Of a stretch of DNA of 64,000 nucleotides, positions 25,291 through 38,039 are shown piece after piece (position 1 is the first letter of the stretch; each line of letters opens with the position of its first letter). The notes under the pieces were generated by a model. It did not search any database and was not told where the DNA came from. It worked only from the letters and a program-made list of their open reading frames with translations. This DNA comes from Macrostomum hystrix (taxonomy: Eukaryota > Animalia > Platyhelminthes): assembly GCA_950097015.1 (NCBI GenBank), contig CATNEN010000001.1, positions 13,020,001 through 13,084,000 of the forward strand, in the 5' to 3' direction. The translations under genes and the position numbers were made by a program.

Positions 25291-25968
25291 TTTTTAGAAG
25301 TCGGTGTAAACACATGAAAATAACAAAATTCTGATAAAAAATATTACCATACTATATTCCTCTGTCAATCTACCAAATGATTTTTCTATCGACACAATCA
25401 CTAAGTTTTATAATATAGCGGATTAAATAATACAAATTAAAACAAAAAATCTGTTCATTAATTTATTCGCTATAAAGCCTCTAGTACATAGGAAAAATTA
25501 TTAAATTGTTTGTAAAAGCAAACCTCTTAGACCATGATTAACTATATTTTAATATATCGAATACATCCAAACAAATTTCATTACTTAGTTTGCTAGATTT
25601 CTTAACCAATGTGTCAATGTTTTTGTTAGACTTATAGTTACTTTAGACGAAGTAAATGAAGAGAATTAATTTGTTAACGAAATCAGCATGCTGAACGAAA
25701 TCAGCATGCTAGTTTTAATTGGCACGTTGAGTTGAGTTCAATAGGTTAGTGATTCAAGACTTCTTTAATTACTTCATGTAATGATTATTGCTTTCAGTTT
25801 GTTAGGGTTGCATGCATGTTATTAGCATAGTCATTGTTTTTCCAATGCATGCTGAATCTAATTTAACTATAATCAGCAGGTGCAGTTTTCAAACCCGACA
25901 AAAATTTCTATAAAAGACGAAAAAATTATTACCCTAAAAAGCACCAGCTAGCTTTACTTAGGAAATAA

Positions 25969-26593
25969 TGTGACGATAAATTGATGAAGGCAGTAAGTCC
26001 GTAGCGGCGGCAGTTAAAGTTCACTCCCAGTCTTAGAGTCAGTTCCAAATATGTGGTGTAGCGGTAGCACTTTATTCTCGTTATACACTGGGATACACGA
26101 CAAGCAGAGAGTAAGAAAAAGTAAAGGTGCAGGAGCTCAACGATGGCAATGGTAATAACGAATGGTACGGCACGGCGAGGCAAAGAACGGAAATAGTACG
26201 GAACGCGAAGCTAGGGCCGACAAGAGAGAGAAGAAGCCGCGGTGGTGCGCAAGCGGGCCCAAAGCCCTTAGTTAAATAAACTTAATAGACTGCAGAACAG
26301 GGCGATCGATAAATCTAGAAACTGGCCCCAGCCAATGAGTGTGTAAGTACACCGGTCTGGGCAGACGACAATTAGACACTAGCAAAAACAAGCTGGGGGC
26401 AGCGCGATGTGCACCAACGCCTACTAACAGTAACACTCTAAGAATTACAGCTTAACCATACGAAACTGAAAAATGAATGCTAGCCTAACGACATCAGTAA
26501 AACGGCCCTAGTTAGTACACACGTAAATTAGCTATGTAAATTAACACGCAAATTAAATTCCTAGGGGCGCTTACAACAAGTGACAACGTCACA
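25969..26593 (-). mobile_element. Probable solo LTR (family D), 625 bp
   Basis: TGTGACG...CGTCACA terminal inverted repeat. Flanks ATAA/ATAG give a 3-of-4 TSD match. AATAAA is present on the minus strand near 26070. Confidence 0.6.
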
Positions 26594-26654
26594 ATAGAAT
26601 TAAGGCTTTTAAATTATTCGCTACTCTTTCAGCATCAGTTTCGTGAATCTAGCA

Positions 26655-27528
26655 ATGTCTGGTATAAAGCGCGAGTTTGTTTTTCGCTCCAATTCATCCA
26701 AGCCGATAATCTATATCGGTGGAGACTCGACGTCGAACAACACCAACTGTCAGTTTCGTTCGGTCGCTTGCAAACCTAACTCTGCGACGCAGAGGTGGGC
26801 AGAGGTGGCAACCGATAATAATACAAACAGCTGCACCCATGTATCTCTTGCGAGGTATTTTTGATCGTCCTGAATTCGATCCTCCTACAGCACAAGAGAC
26901 AGAATCCCTGTTGCAAACACTCATGCCGCGTGCTCAATGTCTCGTCTGTCAAAAGACATTCGGTGGACAGGCCGAGCTCCACGCGCACTTCCATGGTGAA
27001 TGCTTCTCACCAGAGCAACTCCTCGCGGATCCTCTTCAGACAATCATCGAGAACCCGCTGGAGGGATGGAGCATCGTAGCGCGTGAGTCAGCCCACCAAG
27101 GCCGTGTAACCTTTATCGAGTTCAGTCCAATACAGCAGCAAGAATTAGAGGATGAAAACATAAATATTTTACCGAGTGACTACCTTGCACAGTTGAGACT
27201 TCCAATTTACAATCTTTTGGCAAAGATCGGTTCGCCAAACTTGCTTGTCCGGACATGCATTCACCTAAAGGTTAAATTATCCAGACCAAAGTCAGTGGAG
27301 GAGCAAAGTCAAGACGAAGTCATTTCAGTCTATTTAAACACAAATATGGCTACTATATCGTTTGATGAGACTGTCCCCAACTCTGACTTGTTACTATCAC
27401 CGGAAGCCTTCAACGATTGGTTTTCCCGAATTCTGTCTCAGCTAACGACAAAGATAGACAATTTCCAATCCCGTGGAAGTAATTGGCAGTATCGTAGCAT
27501 TGAGCAACTCGATTTGATGGGTGGGTAA
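26655..27528 (+). pseudogene. Polinton/Maverick protein-primed DNA polymerase B, N-terminal part, truncated
   Basis: C2H2 finger CLVC...H...H. KIDNFQSRGSNWQYRSIEQLDL matches the 'F...GSGW....I..L.I' block that precedes the pPolB catalytic region. The ORF is cut at ~27515. Confidence 0.75.
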
Positions 27529-27862
27529 AGCAGCTCTCGGCTTTACCCGTTTTTAATGTCAGAGCGCGCGGCCCTCCTCTCTCTCTGCCCTCTCTCCGCC
27601 GCCTACCGCCCACCCCCTTTTGCGTGTTCATCTATGCTCGTACATTTCCGAGACTGCACATTTGAAGTCCCGGGGCTGCGCCCCAATATATGTCGCCCCG
27701 TGTTGAGAAGCGAGGATCGCTGTCGCTGTCTCAAAAAAAATTTTTTATTTCAGTTTTATCTGCTGCTTTAATTCAAATAAACTCGCGCTAACAGTCACAT
27801 CGCTCATGGGCTGCTTCTCGCCTGTGGGCGCTCTTTCGCCAACTGCCTTGTATTTGCTCCAT

Positions 27863-30197
27863 TGATGTGGAGTGTGCTGCGGGAATCGAGTGGGAATGTG
27901 AGCCAGCAGAATTTTTCATTTTTAGGCAATAATAATCGCGACCCACATAGCAGCTGGCCGCAAAACAAGATCATTAATCTTAGCGCCGGGTTTGGGGCGG
28001 CGGTGAATTGAGTAGCCACCGAATCCCCTCTCCCTGGATCTGTCTAGACCCTTGTAGGAATGACTGATCGCGGGCCATAACTCTACTGTATGAGCTAGTC
28101 TAGGTCATAATTCTCCTCCAAACCGCGATCAGATATTGGGAATCACTCGGGCATTATGAGTGATCATTAATTCTTCATGTCCCCACTTCTTTACAGTATT
28201 CGAGCCCAGCTCGACTTTATGACCCTCCTCCTTCTAGATACATGTAAATGTCACTGTAGGCAGGTCGGCGCCGGCGCTTCCCATTGTCCTGGCGGAGTAA
28301 CAATTGCTGGCCGACTGCCGACGGCTGTTCACGCAGAACACCTGTCGTTTCCCGCCGCCGGTTCATTGGGTGATCGGCCTATCGCCGCCCCGATCCCTCG
28401 TTGACAGGCTGGCGAATGTGGGTTATTTTGATGGATGTCGAGGTTGGCGTGCTGCAGGACTATTTAAGCAAGCGCGCTGCGCTGCTCCCTCTAGGACCTT
28501 CTTCTCCGCCTTTTACTCCCCCCTCCTACGGCCGGACCTACCTTTGCCGGGCCGGACTCCCACCGGACCCAGGACTTCTATTCCGGACCCAATTCCCCCA
28601 CACAGGGCTTAGACCATAGAGCCATAAGCTCAGCCAAGCACTCACAGGCCCATTGCCTGCTCCTAATCCCCTAGCAGCGCAAGCCACCTCTTTAGGTGAG
28701 CCCTCAAATTGAGCCTCGGAGCTCCACTAGTGTGTTGGCCCCTGCCAGCTCATATTTAGCTTTCCCCTCCTCTGCCTTTGCTAACTTTGCCTACCCCTCC
28801 CTCGAGAACTACAGGCCTGCGGCACGCGATCGGCACCCAGATAAGTAACCCGCGTAGCGGCTTCTGTTTGTTACTCCAAAGGGACTATTCTTTTAGCTAG
28901 GCTGCACTTTAGTGGGAAAGGGCATTGGGACTTTTGGGCTTAAAATAAAAGTTCATCATTAGCCAATCAAATCACTTTAGGCCAATTTAAAGTACAATTT
29001 AAATCCTTTCATTCTGTGTCCGCCTCGATGTTTATTTTATCTCGTAGACAGCCCTCCGAGATGAGTGGCTAATCACCTAGGGGGTGGGCTCTGGTGATGC
29101 CGAGCTGAAGGCTGCGGCAGGATGGCAGCTGTGCGCGCGCATGAGAGTAATAAGAAGCTAGGGATTTGCAAGCAGATGCGGAGGCAGCATGTGCATTTCT
29201 TCCCAGGGGTTGGGGGAATCCTTGGCCGGCTTTCCTTCTCCCGATTGGGCGGGCTCAAGGTGTACCTGTTGAACTCCCTTTCCAATGGAGTTTTCCCCTT
29301 TCCCCCCTCTCGCAACTGCGGCCACGGGAGCGAGAGTGATGATCTATTAATCTTTCGCTTGCATAATCACTCAGCCAGTGTTTTGCTTAATCTCTCCAGC
29401 CTCTGATCTCCTCAACTCACACAGATTCGGTTTGTTAGTTACTTAATGTGTAGGCTGCAGTCTAATGTATAGAATGTGTCTGATTTTTCATGAGTAGGAT
29501 TCTGGCTATGGATTCTCATTCAAGTTCTTAGTACCACCTTTCTAGACCCCTGTAGCGCGAATTCAGGAATCCATTTTTGAGGCGTGTCTCGATCCATTTT
29601 GGGGCTCTCACCCCAGTGTAAAACGGAAGTTGCAGAATGCCCTATTTTTCGGCTTGTCTAGATCTGCGTGATAAAGTTTGAGCTGTGTACTCCGGGGACC
29701 CAAGTTCCCAAATGTCTGCGGTGGCGACGTAGGCGCATTGGGTGGTGGCGCTACCCTAGATCATCTATCCGCTTTGCCGATAGCCTTTCCGCAGTTCTGT
29801 GACGAGAGCCTAGGCCGATTCGACCACCGCTACCAAGGTTAGGAGTCAGTTGCGCACATACTACTGACGACAGTAGGCTGTCTAGCCCTGTCCTGTCCGA
29901 TTCCGGATAGTCCGATGCCCCTCTTCTTAGACCTTTAGCCGGTTTCGTGCATTGCTCGGGGTAGGCACGGCAGCCATGCCTGTGGCCTATGGGACGAGTG
30001 GAACTGGCCAGCCTGAGGCCGATAGGACCACTCCCTGCATCTACTGAACCTCCTCATCTCTCCCTTCATCTCCTCCCTCTCTCTCCGCGACATCTCGCGA
30101 GTTGCTAGGCGGATGTTTAATTGACTATGTCGCCCGCCTCTAGTAATCACCTCTCATGAAGGCAGGTCAGTGGTTGCAAAACTCCCGAACCATGTCA
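27863..30197 (+). mobile_element. Long solo LTR (family C, copy 2), 2335 bp
   Basis: TGATGTGG...CCATGTCA termini. Inverted, diverged homologue of 19616-21937. TATA-like TATTTAAG at 28461. The flanks CCAT/GGAT are not a TSD. Confidence 0.8.
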
Positions 30198-30370
30198 GGA
30201 TAATCTTCTCCATGACTAACCATTTCACCATGACAAAGCAACTCTACAAGAGCTACTTCATAGAAACCAGATGACAAGTTGAGAGGTTCAGCTAATCTGA
30301 CTCGAAAATGATTAGGCGAATTTTCTGGATAACTAGTATCATTCGAAGGTAATGTTACATAAAAACTCAT
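30198..30370 (-). pseudogene. Polinton minor capsid (penton-like) protein N-terminus, truncated by the LTR
   Basis: MSFYVTLPSN...YPENSPNHFRVRL..PLNL...YEVALVEL is the characteristic N-terminal motif. Confidence 0.8.
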
Positions 30371-30411
30371 TTGAAGCTTTCTACAAAACATTTCCGATGG
30401 CTAAGTTAACA

Positions 30412-30700
30412 TTAAAAATTGCTTATAGCATCTGCATCGGATGCTCGCATATATACGATATGACGATCACCAGGGAAAATTCCACTTCTTAGCCGTAAAA
30501 AATCTGGTGTCTTTTGTCGCAGATCAATGAATAAATACGAATATGGTTTATTATTCGTTGCTTCCTCGTACGCTTTTACTAAATACCTGCTATCTCGGGG
30601 GAACATTTGTCGCCCAAGATGTTCAACACTTGCTCGATCGCGCACACTTCTAGTAAGGCAAATATGACTGGCAGATAAACTTCTTGCGCGTGCTTCTGGG
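30412..30700 (-). pseudogene. Polinton packaging ATPase (A32/FtsK-like), C-terminal part
   Basis: RD...VEHLGRQMFP...YL..AY.EAT..PYSYLFIDL.Q.TPD.LRLRSGIFP. The Walker A region is missing. Confidence 0.85.
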
Positions 30701-31089
30701 TCAGAACGATTAAACGGTCCGCAGAATGATGCTGTTGTCCATAACCTTCTTCTCACTCTCAGCCAGCTCGGATTGACTTTCAGCTTTCAGCGTGAAGACC
30801 TGTTCGTCCATTACGATGCTTTTCGAATTCTCGGATTGGTTCATTGTAGCAGACGTCAAGGCTGGAAGTAAAGTATAGGAAAATGAAAATGGAATCTTTG
30901 CCTTTTCAGGTGCAGGTGTTGGCGGGGACGCGCTATCTTCACAGTCCATATTTTCTAAGTCTACGAACACTAGTTTTTCTAGCTTACGAGCTTCTTGTCT
31001 GGGAGATTTCATACCTACGTTCTTAAGCCTTGAACACGAAATAATTTCTAAATATTATTTAGAAGAGTCAGACTCACAAGACTGGATGA

Positions 31090-31646
31090 TTGGATACGCC
31101 GATAGATGCGCTTGGGAAAGATATGATGTCAACAAGAACAGAAATGGATACACTCGATAAAAGTATAGAAAAACATCCAACTCCAACGGCACAACTAAAA
31201 CGATCAGCTTTGGAAAGTAAACTTCTAAAATCTCGAAACGTATATAAAACTGGTCAGAGCAAACCTGTTGTTCGAAACAGTCCTGAAAACGGTTTGAGTC
31301 TGACGAAACAAGGCAAATACCAAAAGTTCTCCGCTCACGATTTGATCTCCTCTCAAAGAGTCTATTCTCCGGTGAGTTGGATTCAGAATTGAGTCCAATG
31401 CTCGCTGAACTAAGTGATAAAGAGGTTGAAGATCTAATGGAGTATGTTGTTAGAGACAAGCCACTAAAGCGACATAGAATTCAACCTCCTAGTGGATTGA
31501 AAACATTTCTTGAATATTTGAAGAAACGGAAAATTGCTCCGAATCAGGTTGGCCAGCATATTCAAAAAGAGTTACAACCAAACATAGAAATTGATTCTAC
31601 TATTCAAGATTTAAGCCTCCTTGAACGATATCAGACACTTGAATAG
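31090..31646 (+). pseudogene. Conserved Polinton uncharacterised protein upstream of the integrase (frameshifted)
   Basis: DL..YVVR......P.G...FL..L.....P..VG resembles the conserved Polinton ORF usually found before the integrase. It is split across two frames (31090-31392, 31377-31646). Confidence 0.5.
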
Positions 31647-31908
31647 AATATATATACATATATAAGCGAAACCATTTGACGAAATTTTGGAATTGTGAAA
31701 CGATCTTTTCTTTGTCATCAAAATGGAGCCTACCTGGAAAACTTTTTTAGATATTTTTAAAGTTCTTGTTGTCGTGCATTTATTAAAACCTGCCGCAAGT
31801 ACGATTCAGCCGATGCTGATTTAATAATTGAAACGAGCATCACCTGCTGTATTTCAACGTGTAACGAAATTGAAGATATCGAGATTAGGGATGCAGAGTA
31901 AGGATATT

Positions 31909-32115
31909 ATGCATAATGAAGTTTCCGAGTTTCTCACAGATGCATTTTTCAACTTGGAAAATGCTACCTCCTTCAGTGGTAATAAGCCTGAACTAGTGCG
32001 TGCTGTATTGAAAAAATTTCCACGGAAAAGTCGAAAAGAAGCTATTCAGGATGTTACAAACTGCAATCAACAAAAGAGCATCATCTTTTTCGAAAGGCTC
32101 GCCGAAGATTTTTAA
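31909..32115 (+). pseudogene. Polinton retroviral-like integrase N-terminus, truncated
   Basis: L...FFN.EN.TSFSG....L.RA..K....SRKE resembles the 'L..IYY.P....SF.....L' N-terminus of Polinton c-integrases. The catalytic core is absent. Confidence 0.55.
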
Positions 32116-32464
32116 CTCCAAAAATAGCATACCACCTGTTCCAAGCTGTGCGAGGGCCCTGTAAAGTGGATTCTGCTACAGCTGTTTGGCATGAAGCGGC
32201 CGGATAGTAATGCATGTCAGTTTTTATTTGCCTGTGTAACATACTTGCTTAGACAGTTTAGGACTTACTAACCAGTTATTCCATCCTTATTCAACTTTTG
32301 CTCTACAGCGTCGCCCGTACTGCGAAACTCTATTCCACTTATTGACGCGCTGACGGCCACCATTCGTGTGCCCAGAGGAGCCACTTAGCGGCCACCGAGG
32401 ACGCTACGCGACCTTGGGCATTTCAGGGGTCACGAACTGGAGGCCTGGCTCATGTTGTATGGGC

Positions 32465-32630
32465 CCTCCGCCGCTGCTAGTAAGCAGGCTGCCTCTGTCG
32501 CCGCTGCTAGTAAGCGGGCTGCCGCTGCTGCCGCTGCTGCTAATAAGCAGGCTGCCCCAGACATCGCTGCTGGAAAGCGGGCTAGCGCTGATGCCGCTGC
32601 TCCTAATAGGCAGGCTGCCGCCACAGCTAC
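32465..32630. repeat. GC-rich ~30-bp degenerate tandem repeat (gccgctgctagtaagcaggct...)
   Basis: About five related units are visible. Confidence 0.7.
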
Positions 32631-33875
32631 TTTTTTCATTCCAGTCGGGACAGGTATGTCTCAATTGACTGCTCAGGTTCATTGACACAAAGTCAGAAGC
32701 CGAGCCTCTCAGATCCTAAGGCTGAGCAATCATCCTACCTCACAGACTTTCAGGCAGAGTCGCCCGTACTCCGGCAAAATACTCCGGCTGACCTTGCCGC
32801 ATACGGTGCCGCTGCCGCGAACACCTTTTGAAGACCTCAAAATTTCAAACAGAAACCGCTGCTACGCATGATGTTGGTTTCTCTTTCGGAAAGAATAAAG
32901 TTACAGAAGTTGAGATAGATGAGGTGTGCAATATACTCTGAATTTGTTTCGAGTTCTCTAATGAATCTGCTGACTGGTTAAAAGTCTCTACAATATTAGA
33001 GTCGTTCTATCAGTGTATACCTTAGTATAGTGGTAGACTGGTAGTGCGGTTGTGATTGTGACTAGTGCCTGCACTGCCTGGTAGTGTGGTGTGGTTTAGT
33101 AGTTTCCGCCGCTTTTGCCCAATTAGCTTTTGGCTTTCTTCTACCTATCTTAGCCTTTCTTACTTAGGGCTTTTCATAATTTGTTCCATATGCCTATGTC
33201 TATGTCTATCTATGTAGTATGTATGAATATGCGGCTATGCCCTAGCCCCTATGGTCTTTTGGACTACATAATATATAAGGAATTAATTAAGCCAAGGCCA
33301 ACCTGGCCAAGGGCTAGGCCCTAAGCTAAAAAATGGGGGGGAAACAACAAGTTGGAAGCCTTATTTTGAGACACTTCAACCAATGTAGTTCATTTTATGT
33401 CCTTTCATTTCTAAGCATGATAAGTTTCTTAGGGATACGGACTTTTAGGATAGATTATATAATATCTTTGACTTGACTTGGAATTTATAGGGTTGCACAA
33501 TTTGCCATAGCAGCTCAATTAAAAGTAAAATTTTGTTTCTAGTGTTTAAAATGAATGACTGATGACACATTTGTTGTACTGAACATAGAACAATATGTGT
33601 ATCTTATGACATATTCATTAATCTTCATGTAGTAAATCCTTCTAGAACTGTAGACTTTCTCTCAATGAATTATTAGTTAACAAATTTGGGACAAAATGAT
33701 GTTTATATAAAAAAATTCACAAACAGATGTCATATTTTGATATTTCTCTGTGTTCTAACTAGTTCAATATGGGTTTATACCCTGGGCCTATTATATAAAT
33801 TGTATTTGTATTATTATTGACAGCACAACACTTGCCTTTCTCACTTTCAGTTGATAAACTGGTGCCGCCACTGCC

Positions 33876-36718
33876 ATGAGTCAGAGGTGCAGCCCAACAG
33901 AGGTTGAGCATGGCAGTGAAGTGAACCCTGACCAGGGCTATGAAGTGGATGTGTTGCATGTGGATGTCGAAGTTGCTGGAAATGCTACCAAGGATGCCCT
34001 GCAGCTACAAAATCCATGGCCTTACCTGAATGCACACTTCCAGTTTATAGCTAGGGACAGCAATGGCAACCTATCCTACCTGTGCCTCCTGTGCAAGCCA
34101 GCTAGAAAGATTATCAAGTGCCATGAATCATCTCTGAACAACCTAAAGAGCCACATGTCGCGGAAACACAATTCACAGAAAGACTCTTTCTTTGATCTTC
34201 TGTCCAAGAACTCTCTCCGTGGTCATAGTTTGACTGACCAGCAAAGTCAGGTGACAAAGCCATCAGCAATGTCAACTTTGTCAATGTCAAGTCACTCCAG
34301 TGAAAGTCAAGTCACTCCATGCACCAAAGGCAGACGCAGATGCAGTGGTACCAGTACAAGCAGCTCAACGAGTCAAATGGTGGCAGTGTCACCTGCACAG
34401 TCAGCACGTTCGCCACCGCCAGCCAAGAAGCGCAACATGTCCACAGGCCATCAGCTGACGATCGGACAGTCGTTTGCCTTCGTGGGAGCGCCTGCTAATG
34501 TCCCGCAGGGGCTTGTCGACCAGGCAATTGTGGATTGCTTTGTTGACAACATGCTTCCCCTCCAGCTTGTTGAGCAGAAGTCGTTTGTGAAGATGTTGAA
34601 TGTGCTCAACGACCGGAAGACTGTAATGTCGAGACGCACACTAGGACGGCGGATCTCTGGCACCTATGCCAGATTGAAGATTGAGGTGATCAGGTGAGAG
34701 CAGAGGGTAAAATTGAATTCGATGGTTGTGTGTGTCAATGTGAGTATGTGAATGCGTGCAATTTGTCCTAATTTTTAATAAGAAAGTTTAAATAACGACT
34801 TATAAATAATAATAATGTGTCTCAAATTTACATTCGCCCTTTTGGCATTGCCCGCTTTGCCTTTGCAGCACTCTCCGCCAAGTGCCATACGTCGCCACAA
34901 CCGCTGACTGCTGGACCCAGCACCAACGAGCATTCCTCGGCATGATTGTCCATTGGATTGATCCGAAGAAGCGACAACGCAAGTGCGCCGTGCTCTGCTT
35001 TGAACGGCTGACAGGCCGTCACACGGGCGACATGCTTGCCCAGGCCATCATGTCTGTCCATGCCAAGTTCCTCATCACGGATAAGGTGGTCCGCACCACC
35101 ACTGACAATGGAAGCAACTTTGTGAAGGTAAGAGTATCATTTTGGGTTTTGTTTTTCTCAATCTCTCCTTGACTGACCTTGAGTTTCTTTCTTCCTTGCC
35201 ATATCCAGGCCTTCGCCGACTACGCACGGGTCTGTGAGTCGCTGAGGACAGGAAACCCAAGCAATGTGAACGTCACAGGCGGCGGTGTGACCGGTGTCCA
35301 CAGCAGCAGCTCTGGCGAACGCGGCGACGAGGACAGCGTCGGCGACCGGGCCGACCACGATGCCAACAATGTTGACGATGGCGACGAAGTGGCACAGGTG
35401 GAGGCGGAAGCCGCAATGACTGTGGCGGTAACTGATGAGCTCACGCAGGCAACCTTAGCCTGCGATGGCCTGCCGCCGCACATGAGGTGCGCATCGCACA
35501 CGTTGAACCTCGTGGCGACTGCCGATGTCCAGAAGCTCCTAAGTGATTCTGGCAGTGGGTCCAATCCCAGCGGCAGCATTGGCGTCTTCCGGAAGCAGTA
35601 CGTCGGTACCATGGGCAAGGCGCAGGCCCTTTGGAACTTGCAGGGGCGCAGCAGCGTTGCAGCGGATGCCATCAAATCCGAATTGGGCCACAAGCTTCGA
35701 GTGCCGAATGCAACACGGTGGAATTCCATGTATGACAGTGTACGCCAACTGTGCCTCATTCTCAAGCCAGATGACAGCGAAAAGGAAACCTTTCCGGCCA
35801 AGGACCAGAAGCGGCTGGCGCTGAACTCCATCATGCAGCAGGCGCCGCAGAAGATTCCGGCATTCCAACCGGACGACATCCGCTTTATGATAGAATATGA
35901 GCGAGTAATGGCTCCGGTGGCTGTGGCGATTGACTTGCTGCAAGGAGAGCGGAACGCCTATCTCGGCATCTTGCTGCCGACAATTACGGCCACCATTGCA
36001 GGGTTGAAAGGGTCACAAGAGAAGGGCCTTCGCTTTTGCGGTGCCCTGGTCACCGCTATGCAGGAGGGTGTTAACAAGCGGTTTAAGAGTGCCTTCGATG
36101 ACAAGGACTGCATGCTCAGCGCAGCCTTCCATCCTCGGTTTCGGCTGGCATGGCTGCAGAATGTGGATAAGGAGAAGGTTTTGGAGGTGCGGAACCTGAT
36201 GGTGGACACTGTGAAAGCCGCCATCGAGGATGGTAATGATGCAAGCCGTGGCAGCATGAGCAGGAGCAGCAAGGAGAATTCTGTTGGCGGCACTGGTGGG
36301 TTGTCTGAGTTGGAGTCTAACACAGAGACTGACAGGGACAGGGAGGACTTCTTCCATGGATTGACACAGCCGGACAAGCCACTCCTAGAATCAACAAAGA
36401 CCTCTGCAGACAGGGCACGCGACATGGTGCATGCGTGGATTAATGCGCGGGCCATGAGGAAGGAGGGGCTGGCCGACAGCGTCTTCCTATATGAAAGACA
36501 CCTCAGCGATCTGTTCTTCCGTTTTAATACGCCAATACCATCCAGCGCTGGGGTGGAGCGCGTTTTCCATGTGTAAGGAAATTCTGCGGTCCAAGCGCGC
36601 ACCACTATCAGACAGCATGCTTACCTGCCTGACATTCGTGCGCGGCAACTCCGAGCTGCTCAGTACCAACCAAGACGTCCAAGAGTCTGATTCAACTCAA
36701 AAATCAACATCCAACTGA
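33876..36718 (+). CDS. hAT-superfamily transposase with BED zinc finger, 3 exons (33876-34693, 34869-35127, 35209-36718), frameshift near the C-terminus
   Basis: BED finger CLLC...NLKSHMSRKH. Motifs TADCWT, TTDNGSNFVK|AF, RCASHTLNL, NATRWNS, HPRF and SSAGVERVF. Splice phases are consistent (2, 0). A 2-nt loss at ~36565 shifts the dimerisation-domain tail. Confidence 0.92.
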
Positions 36719-38039
36719 TAGAGACAAGTTGACCTTGACATTGTGTGTATTCCCTCCCGCCCCCCAAACTTCTACTCTTTCTCTCTGCAGAAGCGACCCG
36801 CGTGTATTAATGCTGAAAAAAAGCTTTTCCACTATTTGTGAAAAAAAATCTGTTATGGACTTATGGTTAGATGTGCTTCCGTTGCAGCAGATATGATTTG
36901 TTTGTACAACAGTAAACTGGAGAGTCTAGAGACATCAAAGTTCCACCTTTATGAAAAAAGTAAAACATGTCTTTTATTTGTTCTCTGCTTCTGTGCTTTT
37001 CTATTTGTTGGCTAGCGGTTTATTGCAGTCTAGATGTCTTGAAGGCTATAACTACTAACGACTATCGACACTCAGTATCTCGGCTGACTGGTGTGATCTC
37101 GTCCGAGTTCTTACCTCGGGATCAGATCAAGAACGAACGCGAACACAATGAATTTTCTGATAAGTTTAGCTTAACGGAACTCAAACTGTATCTCTACTTA
37201 ACTCGCGGGGCGAATCTTTTTTCGCGCTCCGCTCCGATATATATAGCGTCTTTAAAACTCCTCGATCCGAGGGGAAGAAAATACCATAGCAACAGTACGC
37301 ATGAGAATTTGAGGCGAGTGAGGTCGCAGCCTCGAGTCTAGTACAGTTACTGTCATTAAACTAGTTGGTTGGCGGGCACACCAACCCCTTTCCTACGGAG
37401 GGTGGGTAAAAGTCTTAAAAACGCCTTGGTTGAGTTAAGATGCGTTCCCACTTCTACTGAGACCTCTTTCCTACTGTTCATTATCCCCTTTCCTTTCATC
37501 GATCCAGTCTTCTTGTGCGGTCCCGGCCTCCTCCAGATCTCGATACCGATCGGGTCCGGGCGGCTCCAATTTCAGGCTGGGCTGGGTCGATGCAGGCAGC
37601 TGCGGGTCGGGACAGGCCGGGTTGATTCCGGCAGCTCCACGTCAGCGCAGCTGCGGGTCCGGTCTCGGGTAGCTCCACGTCGACACAGCTGTTGCCATGC
37701 CGAACCGGGTTTGTGCTGAAATGATTGAGTGATCTCGGGGCGGATTTTGTCTAATCATTCTCCTTTCGGTTGCTAGCCCTTTCTGCCGTTGCTATTTTTA
37801 GCTTTCGCTTCCTGCTGACGAACTCTTAAATTCCCTTCAGATTTCTAAGTCTTATATTTTTATTCAAAATTAGAACATTGTCTGTGCTTTTTATTCACTG
37901 CTGCGCTACTTTTGACATTTTACCCGGTGGTCAGTGGTCACACTGTTAATGCATCAGCTGACTCTGGAAACACCACTTGAAAAAGGTGTCTCATGAAAAT
38001 TACTTTGGAAATCATATGTTGCCGTGTTGGTTTCTCGTG

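Noticed and set aside
27514-27862. Possible additional LTR fragment truncating pPolB
   Set aside because: It starts with TGATG and has an AATAAA, but there is no defined right end or TSD.
19616-30197. The two 2.3-kb inverted copies as the TIRs of the Polinton
   Set aside because: They have TG..CA ends, copy 1 has its own 4-bp TSD, they are too diverged, and copy 2 cuts the penton gene with Polinton genes lying outside it.
37006-37355. Possible short solo LTR (TG..CA, TATA and AATAAA on minus)
   Set aside because: There is no TSD (TATT vs TTAA) and no second copy in the window.
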